DNA of 64,000 nucleotides from Octopus vulgaris (GCA_951406725.2 OX597821.1:85188001-85252000); one strand, 5' to 3'; counted from the first letter of the stretch, positions 39,352 to 51,461 are shown. Numbers and translations: made by a program. The notes: a model not told the origin generated them from the sequence alone.

Positions 39352-40032
39352 TCATCATCATCATCGTTTAGCGTCTGCTTTCCATGCTGGCATGGGTTGG
39401 ACGGTTCAACTGGGGTCTGGGAAGCCAGAAGGCTGCACCAGGCCCAGTTTAATCTGGCAATGTTTCTACGGCTGGATGCCCTTCCTAACGCCAACCACTC
39501 CATGAGTGTAGTGGGTGCCATTTACGTGCCACCGGCACAGTGACCAGACGAAGCTGGCAACGACCACGATCGGATGGTGCTTTTTATGTGCCACCGGCAT
39601 GGGGGCCAGGCGAGGCTGGCAACGGCCACGAATGGATGGTGCTTTTTACGTGCCACCGGCACGAGGCCAGTTGGGGCGGCGCTGGTAATGGCCACGTTCG
39701 GATGGTTCTCTTACATGCCACCGGCACTGGTAACTCAGCTGCAATTTCCATTGATCGATTTTGATTCTGATTCTCACTTGCCTCAACAGGTCTTCACAAG
39801 TAGAGTTTTGTGTCCCAAGAAGGGAAGGTATGCATAAGTAGACTGGCTACATACCATGTAGAAGGCCATGGGTTATGGTCTCACTTGTCCTGCCGGGTCT
39901 TCTCACGCACAGCATACTTCCAGAGGTCTTGGTCTCTAGTCATTTCCTCAGTGAGACCTAAAGTTCGAAGGTCGTGCTTCACCACCTCGTCCCAGGTTTT
40001 CCTGGGTCTGCCTCTTCCACAGGTTCCCTCAA
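39352..40032 (-). mobile_element. RTE family 1, best-preserved 3' end (ORF C-terminus, UTR with 4 modules, GAT tail)
   Basis: Minus strand reads VEGTCGRGRPRKTWDEVVKHDLRTLGLTEEMTRDQDLWKYAVREKTRQDK*, the RGRP..W / D..W RTE signature. Confidence 0.92.
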
Positions 40033-40718
40033 CAGAAATATTGCCTGATTTTTAATGCTCTTTTCCCCCTTATTGACATAAATCTGATCATGTTTTAATA
40101 TCAATTTTTGTGAAATAGTCTTCCATTTTCCACACACCATCATTACACTTTCAACCTGCAAATGTATTCCTTAAATAGTTTTGAAACCATTTTTTTTATT
40201 TTCAGATCATACATTAACTGTCCATTTTACTTCTTCAATCTATTTCTTAACTTAAGAATCTATAAATTTCCTTCACCTTCCTTCACCTTATTCCCACTAA
40301 TTCATAATTGCCACATATTTCAACATCCATTTTTTCTTTTGTCAGTTATATCACTTTCTTTCAATTTGTTCTTATTTCTTCTTTCACTGGTTCAACAACA
40401 GCATCCAAAAGTCTTTTCTTTCTTCATACATTTCTTTCCATTTTGGCAAATGATCCTTATTCTGAAATAACTTCTTTCCATCTTCTTTCTCTGCTTCCCC
40501 ATCACCTTTCTGCTCAATCAACCAACTGATCACTACAGTTAACTATTTTTTTTTCTATACTTTCTCTTCCATATACTTATCACTTCCTCTTCTCCTTATA
40601 CTTAGCATCCTCTCTCTTCTATGGACCTCTATCCTTATCTTTCTCCCACCCCTGCCTCTCTCTCCTTCTCTTGTCTATGTATCCCTCCTCTATTTTGACT
40701 CTTATATATTTGTCTCTA

Positions 40719-40753
<35 letters not shown>

Positions 40754-40755
40754 TT

Positions 40756-40839
<84 letters not shown>

Positions 40840-41204
40840 GATAAGTAAAAAGTTAAAGTAGAAACAGCTTGAAATATGTTTAAAGATTCTTTTTCCTTTT
40901 TTTTTAAATCGGACAGGATAAATATTTATATATTTGTTACATTGAGTGATGTTTATAAAATATCACTGATTTCAATGTGTATAATATATCCTATCAAATA
41001 TCAAAAATTCAAGGTAAAGAATCGGAAATAATTAAAAATTAGAAATTAAACATTATGCTCTCATATTCGGTGCAGGGTTTTTGGGCTAAGTTTAATAGTT
41101 TGCTTTAAAGGTAAAGAAAATGCAATGTCCCATCCAAAAATAAAAATATTTTAAAAAATCAAAAAGTATCAGATAGATTTTGGCTGGGAAGTAACAGTTT
41201 ACTC

Positions 41205-41700
41205 AAAGTAGTTGTTCTAATTCCACAATTACCTCAAGATGGCTCCAGAAACTGGTGCATGCATTCCTTACTGTGTCCTTGGGAAAATCTTTGCAAAACT
41301 CCTTAATCTTGGCCTCAGGCTCAGCTTTGGTGTTGCAGGTTGAGTGGTTGGTGTCTTTCTCAATTGTTCATCTTGCATAGTAATCCATGGAATTTCAATT
41401 GGGGGAATTAGGAGGCCTTAAAGTGGGGTGATTAAGTTGTAGAAATTCTCTGACAAGCACTTCTGGCTGTATCCAAAGGCATGACAAGGAGCCAAATCCT
41501 GCCGCTACATATATGACCTTCTAGTAGTAACCCTCTCCCACCAGGGGTTCACCACAATCTCCAGCAGCTTCAAATAACAGTCTGAATTGAGCCTAAAGCC
41601 CTGTTCAAAGATATGGGTAGGCATGACATCATCTTCACTGATGATGCACTCAAAGAACATCACAGTTTTGGGGAACTTGATTTTCATGGTGTCCGTGTCA
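41205..41700 (-). mobile_element. Decayed Tc1/mariner-superfamily (maT/DD37D-like) transposase fragment
   Basis: KFPKTVMFFECIISEDDVMPTHIFEQGFRLNSDCYLKLLEIVVNPW, then QD.APCH- and PPNSP..NSMDY-like remnants. Confidence 0.7.
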
Positions 41701-41804
41701 CAGCCTTTACAGTGTTCACAGAGCATTGAACAGCAGTTATGATGCCAGCATTTTGACATTCAGTACAGATCATCATGATACAGTTAACTCTTTTCCAATT
41801 ATCA

Positions 41805-42335
41805 GATGGTGTCCATAGGAGCTTCTCTATGCTGATGACCTTGTTCTTTAGCTGAATCTATAGTAGAATTAGAGAAGACGAGCAGTATCGCCCGGCGTTG
41901 CTCGGGTTTGTAAGGGAAATAACTATATAAGCATTTTTAGAGATGTAAAGTATAATAGCCATCTCAATATGGCTAACCACATACTGGGGGTGTTACTGTA
42001 GCTTTTTACGTTCTGAGATTTAATAATACATTTTTAGAGAGTTACTTCCCTTATATAATAGCCAAAAAACGCATTAAAAAATGGGAAAAATTGATGGTAA
42101 ATTTTTTTTTAAATCGTAGGCTCATCGTAGACGCGCGCTAATACCCAGAAGGGCTCGATATGAATCACGACTATAAGATACCCAGTTTTGGTTAAACTGC
42201 ACTGCAAAATGTGGGAGCATTTAGGAATCTAAATCGTAGGAGACAGACAGCACACAACTTCACTTTTATATATAAAGATATTTCGGGTGTGGAAGCAAGG
42301 CCTGGAATCAAAGGGCTTTAGAATAAATTTAGCAG
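41805..42335 (+). mobile_element. RTE reverse-transcriptase fragment (YADD) split by a Helitron
   Basis: ELLYADDLVL..ESIVELEK | IFRVWKQGLESKGFRINLA joins in frame once 41879-42278 is removed. Confidence 0.8.
41879..42278 (-). mobile_element. Non-autonomous Helitron
   Basis: Minus strand: 5' TCTTTATATATAAAA, 3' hairpin CCCGAGCAACGCCGGG followed by CTCG (CTAG variant). Inserted between A and T with no TSD. Confidence 0.85.
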
Positions 42336-42970
42336 GGTTCAGTTGGAAAAATCAACCCAGTACTTATCCTCTTTTTAAGCTTGGTACTTATTATATCAGT
42401 CTCCTTTTGCCAAACCGCTAAATTACAGGGATGTAAAGAAATCAATATCAGTTATCAAATGGTGGTTGTGGGGCAAACACAAACACACACACACACACAT
42501 GAACATAGATATATGTGTTATATCCTTATGGATAAACAAATACATCGTAACAGTGTAATAACAATATAATCGGAACAAACAGCAGTAACAACAATCTTTT
42601 AAGGACCAACAATCCAACACGCTAACTCAAACTGTTGTAAACTTTGGACTCCAGCTTTGAACAACCAACACACGAACTGTGGAACTAGCACAAACTATCT
42701 CACTTACTCAGACCACTACTATTTATATATAGTGGTCCAATCCATTCTCATGAGGGGGCATTGTACTCTCGCACAACAATATCTATATACAACAGGCTTC
42801 TTACAGTTTTCATCTGCCGAATCTACTCACAAGGCTTTGATCAACCTGAGGTTATAATAGAAGACACTCACCCAAGGTACCACACAATGAAACGAAACCT
42901 GGAAACATGTGGTTGGAAAGCAAACTTCTTAACACACAGCCACACATGGAATATATATATATATACATAT

Positions 42971-43085
42971 ATACAAAATAAGAAAATGGAGAAATACATC
43001 CAAATCAAATATCAATTACCAGATAATTGATATTTGGTAATTGATATTTGATTTGGATGTATTTCTCCATTTTCTTATCTTGTAT
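42971..43085. repeat. Near-perfect inverted repeat (51-bp arms, 13-nt loop)
   Basis: atacaaaataagaaaatggagaaatacatccaaatcaaatatcaattacca versus tggtaattgatatttgatttggatgtatttctccattttcttatcttgtat; one mismatch. Confidence 0.93.
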
Positions 43086-43254
43086 TAGTAATTTGTGGTA
43101 AAACATTTTACCTTTGCCCATATAATACAGTAAATGAATTAACTGCATCGCAATCCTTAACATTTATGTATTAACTTTGTTGGGTGCTTCGCTTGCAGTA
43201 GATTGGATATATGTTATCCCATGGAGGGTTGCATTTACAACCCCTATCTCAATT

Positions 43255-43293
<39 letters not shown>

Positions 43294-43448
43294 ATGATGA
43301 TGATATGATATATATATATATATATATATAATTAATTAATAAGGGTGAGAGAATTAGATACTAATTTAATAGTATATTTATTCCACACCAAGTGGCCTAG
43401 TGCTGATTAACTGGTGCTAGAGTGATCAATATAGTGACCACTCTCTTA

Positions 43449-43501
<53 letters not shown>

Positions 43502-44247
43502 TTGTAAAAATCATTGGTGCTGGTACATCCCGTCAAGCCACCCAACCCATGCCACCATGGAAAATAGACTTTAAATACGATGATAATGATGGTGGTGGTG
43601 ATGATGATGATGATGCTGATGATGATGATGATGACACATTCAGACATGTGTGTGTGTGTGTGTAAGCTTGTGTATCTATATACTATGTATGAATATGTAC
43701 ATATGTGTATCTGAGGTTACAATTCTTGGATGTGAATTCAGAGTACATCTGTCACATTGGTACATATATATCATATGTATGTATGTATGCATGTATGTAG
43801 GTGTGTATGTATGTATGTATGTATGTATGTATGTATGTATGTATGTATGTATGTATGTACATATGCATGTATATATTTATGTCTATATGCATGTATGTAA
43901 GGGGAGGGCTTTTCTATCTTTGTTTATTTCTCAGCCCCCTCATGCACAAACATTCCTATATACACAGAGGATTTTATTTGGTTTCTCTCTTTCTTTCTTC
44001 CTACGCACCATATTGTCTCAATAATGATCTTTTTTATCTTCTTTTGTATAGATACAAAACAACAGATTTACCGATAAGAGAATGAAATTGTGTCACATTC
44101 ATGCTTTTCAGATAAAAAAAAAAGTCATGTGCAGTGACTACATCTGAGAACCAAAACTGCAAAAAGTTTACCTCCTCCATGGAGTTGTTCAGTATTCTCT
44201 CTAGACATTTAGCCGCCTTATATGTAAAATGGAATAAGTATCTCACC

Positions 44248-44281
<34 letters not shown>

Positions 44282-44919
44282 GCAGCAGCAACTAAGAATT
44301 AGAAATGAAGAATCTTTTCTAATATAGGTACAAGGCCTGAAATTTTTTGGGAGCAGGGGCAGTCGATTGCATACTGGTATGCAACTGGTACTTAATTTAT
44401 TGATCCCGAAAGGATGAAAGGCAAAGTCAACCTTGGCAGAATTTGAACTCAGAACGTAAAGACAGACGAAATACATTAGAAATAAAGAATAAAAACTTGA
44501 AATGACATTTTTTTTCCGTCTTTTACATGCTGTATCTGTCTGTCTGTCTGCCTGCCTGCTTGTCTGCCTGACTATGTATGTGTGTAAACATATTTACATA
44601 CATATATACATACAAACACATACTTCATCCATCTACATGGGTAAAACCTTAAACCAATTTGCACTTAAATGTGGATGTTGTGACAGAGCACAAGATACTG
44701 CATTATTTACCATGAAAGAACCCTTCATGTAGACTTGTGGTGCATGTAAGTACTCATGTCGCTAGTGGGAGATAGTCATTCGCTACCACCACTGGAACTA
44801 CCAGGTCATGTGATATTGGCCCTCCTTGGCTTTGTCAATGGTAGACATCTGTAATGGTAGTAGACACTAGTGATATAGGCATGAGTTCTTATATGCACCC
44901 ATATAAGAACTTATATGTA

Positions 44920-45210
44920 ACCAGTGTTACCAGTGTCGCCTTACTGGCACCTGTGCCAATGGCACGGGAAAAAAACATTCGAGCGAAGTCGTTGCCAGTA
45001 CCGCCTGACTGGACCCATGCCAGTGGCATGTAAAAGTACTGACTAGTCTCTTGGAGTGGTTGGCGTTAGGAAGGGCATCCAGCTGTAGAAACTCTGCCAG
45101 GTCAAGATTGGAGCCTGGTGCAGCCATCTGGTTTAACAGTCCTCAGTCAAATCGTCCAACCCATGTTAGCATTGAAAGCAGACGTTAAACGATGATGATG
45201 ATGATGATGA
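44920..45210 (+). mobile_element. RTE family 1, 3' UTR copy with 2 modules
   Basis: Conserved UTR and (GAT)n tail. Confidence 0.82.
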
Positions 45211-45561
45211 GAGGTTCTCTCATGGTACACAATGCAGTATTTTGTATTCTAACAAAACACCCACTTTTATGTTGGTATCAATATTACCATGTGTGTGTTT
45301 GTGTGTGTGTTACATTTAATGTATTAAATGTATGTATATTTACAGAAACATAAGGCGCAGCAATTTTTATTTTACAAAACTTGTAAACTTTTGCACAACT
45401 TTTTAATGCTTACATTGATTTACAGTTCTGTGACTAATAATCATTGATATCAATGTCAGTTCATAAAAAAAATTTACTCCATTCTACATTGACAACAAAT
45501 AAGTTGATGGTGAAATTAAAATAGATAAGGACAAAACTGAGATGGATGACAATGTAATGAA

Positions 45562-45792
45562 GGCAGCGAATTGGCAGAAACGTTAACACGCCGGACGAAA
45601 TGCTTAGCAGTATTTCGTCTGCCACTACGTTCTGAGTTTAAATTCTGCCGAGGTCGACTTTGCCTTTCATCCATTCAGGGTCGATTAAATAAGTACCAGT
45701 TACACACTGGTGGTCGATGTAATCAACTTAATCCATTTGTCTGTCCTTGTTTGTCCCCTCTGTGTGTAGCCCCTTGTGGATAGTAAAGAAAT
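45562..45792 (+). mobile_element. SINE family B
   Basis: 17-bp TSD atgacaatgtaatgaag at 45546 and 45793. Confidence 0.9.
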
Positions 45793-46422
45793 ATGACAAT
45801 GTAATGAAGACTGAAGATAATGAAACAGAGGCATAGGATGATGATGAAATTGAGGTTGGTAGGGAGATGAATACGAGGGGTGAAACCCTGTATATACAAA
45901 TATACATGCATGCATTTGTACATGCATGTGCAGTGATTGCTCCATCTTCACAGATGGGTGCCATGTCTCTGTGCATCTGCATTGCTAAAGGCATTTCCGA
46001 CTTTTCATCCATGACCTCTCAGATGAGCATTTAATGCTGCTGCAGATCTGCATGGTTTGAAGCACAGGTGACAGACAAAAGTTATAACTTACACTGGATC
46101 AATATGATGGCAATATTTAGTGCACCTTTTCCAGCACCTTGTTGGCATGGGTTGGATGCTAACGACAGGAGCTGCTAATGAGCAAGAATACTGCACCAAG
46201 CTCTAATGTCAGCTTTGGCTTGGTTTCTATGGCTGGATGCCCTTCCTGACGCCAGCCACTTCAGAATGTACTGGGTGCTTTTACATGACAAGGGACTGAT
46301 ACTTGTGGCGATTAGCTGTACTTGAGATGACACGTCAAGATAAGTAAAAGTGCAGCCATACATGCATACTGGTGTAACAGGATGAGAGTTCAGGAACACT
46401 GGAGGGGTGTCCGATCTGATCC

Positions 46423-46822
46423 TGTCACATACAATTTAAGTTGAATAAACAGAGACAAAGTTAGGTGGTCTTCGATCACAGTAAGTGGTGGTTTATTCTG
46501 CGGTTACAGGTAAGAACTAGTGCACGTGTATCTCTAGTAGGGAAACCGGCAGCCGAATCCGCAGGACTGGTTGTGATGCTTTCTCGTGCGAGTCAAGATG
46601 ATTCTTCAGTTCGCTCCCGCTTCGTTGGGGTGAGGTTCTCTGAGTGTAGGGTTGTTCCCTGAGAGAAAGTCAAGCTGTTCAAGCCAGAAAAGGACCAATT
46701 CAGCGGTCAGGCTTTTAGGTTCCAGTTCCTGCACATGCGCATGAGGAAAACTTCCGGTGGCCAACCAGAAGTAATCCAATTCTGCGCATGTGCGCTGAAA
46801 CTTACACAGAAGCGTCACTACA
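46423..46822 (-). mobile_element. Possible solo LTR (CpG-rich 400-bp block)
   Basis: TG...CA termini (TGTCAC...ACTACA), AATAAA on the minus strand near 46493, promoter-like motifs at the opposite end. No TSD found. Confidence 0.45.
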
Positions 46823-47326
46823 CTGGCATGTCCTTTATAGCCATGCCCCCACATATCCCAGCTGAGAGGTCTTTGTCTTTCAGATCCCACATAGAATGCA
46901 CTCATGCCAGTGCTGTGTGAGGTGGTCCTAGTTTCAGTGCCAGCTGAAGTGCACGTGTGCCAGTGCCGCATAAAAGCACCCTGTGGAGCACTCTGTAAAG
47001 TGGTTGGTGTTAGGAAGGGCATCCAGCTGGAGAAACCATGCCAAAACTGACAATTGGTGCCTGAACAGCTCTTTGATTGGCTAGCACCTGTCAAACCTTC
47101 AAACCCATGCCAGCATGGAAAATAGACATTAAATGATGTTGATGATGATGATCATATACATATACATACATATATATATATATATATATACTTTTATCGA
47201 AGCTGAGAAAATCTTCACAAACCGTGGCGATTTTTTGGGCTTTAATAAAAAGAATATTACTCTACCTTTGGTATTCGAGTCCTATTTTTACCACCTTGTT
47301 TTGCATTTGTGTGCTTACTCATGTGT

Positions 47327-47362
<36 letters not shown>

Positions 47363-47380
47363 AATAAAATCAAAAAGTGA

Positions 47381-47432
<52 letters not shown>

Positions 47433-47640
47433 ATAAAAATGGTAAGACAACAAAAAAATGAAAGAGACCTCGATATTATATAAATAGAGGAATTTATCTG
47501 TAAATGTAATATGTGACAATTACAGATATATAAAGGCGGTGCCCCAGCATGGCCACAGCTCGTGAGCTGAAACTAGATAAAATAAAATAAAATAAATATA
47601 TATATCTATATCTATATCTATCTATCTATATATATATATA

Positions 47641-48150
47641 TCTTTATATATAAAACTGTAGTTGTGTGAGTGTCTGTCCCCTTCGATTTAGATTCCTAAC
47701 TCCTCCCACATTTTGTGGTGCAGTTTAACCAAAACCGGGTATCTTATAGTCGTGATTCATATCGATCCCTTCTGGGTATTAGCGCGCGTCTACGATGAGT
47801 CTACGATTTTAAAAATAATTTAACATCATTTTTTATTCCATTTTAATGCATAATTTTTCGTGTGTCGATGGCGGCGGAGTTGGCGTCCACGCTCACAGCT
47901 GCACCTGTTTGCTTCTCCCCCTTCCCTCCCTCGTGAAGCTGTGGGGAAGGGAGTGTAAAGAAATCAACGTCGTAATGCGTTGTCAAGGAGACCAGCGTTC
48001 TTTTAGAACAACGACTTCATGGCTTGAAGACACCAAAACAGAAATGGCTAAGAAAGCCCGAATTGGCTTCTATAAGGGAAGTAACTCTCTAAAAATGCTT
48101 ATATAGTTATTTCCCTTACAAACCCGAGCAACGCCGGGCAATACTGCTAG
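47641..48150 (+). mobile_element. Non-autonomous Helitron (tandem TCTATA 5' stutters from ~47604)
   Basis: A|TCTTTATATATAAAA ... CCCGAGCAACGCCGGG CAATACTG CTAG|T: canonical TC/CTAG termini and 3' hairpin. Confidence 0.9.
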
Positions 48151-48354
48151 TATATATATATATATATATATATATTTCCAACACTTAGTGTTTTGGCAAA
48201 AAGAGACCGATAGAATAAGCACCTGGTTCAAAAAAAAAAATAATAAGTACGAGGGGAGGGCTATTCGTTCAGAAAAAAACGAAACCATGAAAGTAAAGAG
48301 AACTTATTTACTTGCGCTTCGTGCCTTCCATAGTCTGACACTCTTACGCTACAC

Positions 48355-48432
48355 ACACAGTGCGCATGCGCATCGGACATTAAAGACACGCTGACAATTC
48401 GAGAGACAAAGTGCCATTTGGGGCGGCCGTGG
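48355..48432 (+). promoter_or_regulatory. Probable EHD core promoter: perfect NRF1/Ewg palindrome TGCGCATGCGCA (48361-48372), YY1-like GCCATTT and GC box GGGGCGG
   Basis: Motifs read directly, in a CpG-enriched, TE-free stretch about 0.5 kb upstream of the ATG. This is typical of housekeeping promoters. Confidence 0.6.
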
Positions 48433-48902
48433 TTTCTCTGAAGACATTTCTTTTGTGAGGTGTGAAGTCGTCATTTTGTGGCGATCATTTAGTGTTCCTT
48501 GTAATATGGAAACTACTCATCCTCCTATAGTTATTTCATTTATACGTCTATCTATTTGATGATACACATCTAAGCCTGAGTTTTTAGGGGTTTGAATGAA
48601 AAAGTGTTTCTGTGATTTATTTGCCGCTTTTGGTGTATTTTTCGGAGAACCGACTTTGATAAGTGAAAGTTTAGTATATATTCTGTATTCTGTATCGTTA
48701 TACAGCGGCGAACGAGAGAGGAAAGGAAGAACTATTGAACAACTCGAAGGATACTAATACATTACTCTACATTTATATTTTTCTTCTCTTCTTGATCAAA
48801 TCTTTATTTCTCTATTACCGTTTTTTTTGTGTGTGTGTGTGTGTGTGTGTCTGTTTGTTGGAAAACGGTTGGATATTATTATTACAAAAGAAAAAAGTCA
48901 TC

Positions 48903-49380
48903 ATGCTTCGTTGGATGACAGGCGATGACAAACACAGGAAGGAACCGGAGGCTTACGATTCGGTGGTGGAAGGTTTGAAACAACTTTACAAGAACAAGTT
49001 GCTGCCACTGGAAGAATATTACCGGTTCCACGACTTCCACTCGCCAATGCTCGACGATTCCGACTTCGATGCTCGACCGATGATTTTACTAATTGGTCAG
49101 TATTCCACTGGCAAAACAACTTTCATCCGTTACCTCTTGGAGCAAGATTTCCCCGGAATCCGTATCGGTCCCGAACCAACTACCGACAGGTTCATTGCTG
49201 TCATGGTCAACGACAACGAAGGCATTATACCAGGCAATGCTTTGGTCGTTGACACCAAGAAGCAGTTCCGACCTTTGTCGAAATTCGGTAACGCTTTTCT
49301 AAATAGATTCCAGTGTTCTATGTTGAAAAACCCTGTCTTGGAAAGTATAAGTATCATAGACACGCCGGGTATTCTATCTG
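48903..49380 (+). CDS. EHD1: EH domain-containing protein (EHD1-4/Past1/RME-1 family), first coding exon; the rest of the gene lies beyond the window
   Basis: MLRWMTGDDK...LYKNKLLPLEEYYRFHDFHSP...GQYSTGKTTFI (P-loop)...RIGPEPTTDRF...PGNAL...FGNAFLNRFQC...IIDTPGILS(G), then a gtaagt donor. The specific vertebrate paralogue cannot be assigned. Confidence 0.95.
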
Positions 49381-49494
49381 GTAAGTATTCTAATTATATA
49401 CAGTTTGCTTTCAAGTGTATGTTTTCTCATTTATATCTTTGCAGATTGCACAGCAGAATCACTTCCTTCTCTTTCTTTCCCTTATACTCTTATT

Positions 49495-49514
49495 ATGTAT
49501 ATATACATACATAC

Positions 49515-49592
<78 letters not shown>

Positions 49593-49597
49593 GTATG

Positions 49598-49637
<40 letters not shown>

Positions 49638-49937
49638 TGTATGTATATATATATGTATGTATATATATATGTATGTATATATATGTATATGTATATGTAT
49701 ATATATGTATATGTATATATATATGTATGTATATATATATGTATGTATATATATATGTATGTATATATATATGTATGTATATATATATGTATGTATATAT
49801 ATATGTATGTATATATATATGTATGTATATATATATGTATGTATATATATATGTATGTATATATATATGTATGTATATATGTATGTATGTATATGTATGT
49901 ATATATATGTATATGTATGTATATGTATATATATATG

Positions 49938-49976
<39 letters not shown>

Positions 49977-50587
49977 ATATATGTATGTATATGTATATAT
50001 ATATGTATGTATATGTATATATATGTGTATGTATATGTATGTATATGTATATGTATATATGTATGTATATTTATATGTATGTATATGTATATATATATGT
50101 ATGTATATGTATATATATATGTATGTATATGTATATATATATGTATGTATATGTATATATATATGTATGTATATGTATATATATATGTATGTATATGTAT
50201 ATATATATGTATGTATATGTATATATATATGTATGTATATGTATATATATATGTATGTATATGTATATATATATGTATGTATATGTATATATATATGTAT
50301 GTATATGTATATATATATGTATGTATATGTATATATATATGTATATATATATGTATATATATATGTATGTATATGTATATCTATATGTATGTATATGTAT
50401 ATCTATATGTATGTATATGTATATCTATATGTATGTATATGTATATCTATATGTATGTATATGTATATCTATATGTATGTATATGTATATCTATATGTAT
50501 GTATATGTATATCTATATGTATGTATATGTATATATATATGTATGTATATCTATATGTATGTATATGTATATATATGTATGTATGTA
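49495..50587. repeat. 1.1-kb (TA)n/(TATG)n compound microsatellite at the start of EHD intron 1
   Basis: Directly visible, with higher-order ~22-bp periodicity in the distal half. Confidence 0.97.
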
Positions 50588-51305
50588 GTTGTTTGACTTC
50601 AGGTCACTCAATTGAGCGGACCTATGGTGAAAGACATTACAGCCTTGACTCTATTGGGTTTTTTTTTGTATAACTAGGACTACATTGACCAATCTGTCAT
50701 TCTCCCCAACCGTTTTTTTTTTAATATTTTGTGGAAATTTGGCTGTTATTACCAGCAAGTCTAGTAACAAATCTGTTCCGTTGTTTGTGCGGGGAGTATT
50801 TAGTATTTCAGTAAATGCGGACGACCCGTACTTGGGATTTTGAGTTGAAAATAATTTTTAATTAATCGAATTTATTGCCCTAATGATAAAAAAGAGGGGG
50901 AAAAAAAAGAGTCATTAATGAAAATTTATTGCCGTAGGGAACAAGGGAGAGAACTCCCAGAATGTCAACCGATGAAAAATTTTAAATGATGAGGAAGAGA
51001 GGAATGAAGGAGTGAAGATGATGACGTTGGTCAGACTCTGTGGCGACTGCGGTCATTGTTCCGGTTTTATTAATTGACAAAGTGGATCGACAAATGGATT
51101 CAACATCTGTTATTTTAAACATATTTACTCCCTGCTTCCGTCTTCTTTCTCTGTAATCCTTTCTTGTCAGTTATTGTTTTTTTTTTCTTCTTTTAAACCC
51201 TTTTCAATTATTTCTCTTTTTTTAGTCTTTCACGTTGATACATAAACTAAAATTTAATAAACACGACGAAGCAGACCTCGTAAGCCAACGAGGAAGTCTC
51301 TGCGT

Positions 51306-51461
51306 CAGTCATTGGCAACCTGTGGCCCGCGGGACTTTCTGAATGGCACACCTAAAATATAAATTATTTTCAGTTTTTTTATTTTTATTACAAGTGCGGC
51401 CCGCCTGATGACAAGCTATGATTCATGCGGCCCGCTTCTGGGAAAAGGTTGCCCATCCTTG
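51306..51461. mobile_element. hAT (Charlie-like) MITE
   Basis: CAG.cattggcaacct / aggttgcccatccttg termini, subterminal G(C/T)GGCCCGC repeats, imperfect 8-bp TSD ctctgcgt/cactacgt. Confidence 0.7.

Noticed and set aside
39513-39730. CRISPR-like appearance (constant ~25-bp repeat with variable intervening sequence)
   Set aside because: The intervening segments are homologous to each other, the array sits in a LINE 3' UTR in eukaryotic DNA, and there are no cas genes. Kept only as a structured-RNA finding.
48735-50588. 617-aa ORF as a single EHD fusion protein with a Tyr/Ile/Met/Cys tail
   Set aside because: Homology stops at a canonical GTAAGT donor (49381). Alternating purine-pyrimidine repeats cannot contain stop codons, so the long tail is an artefact.
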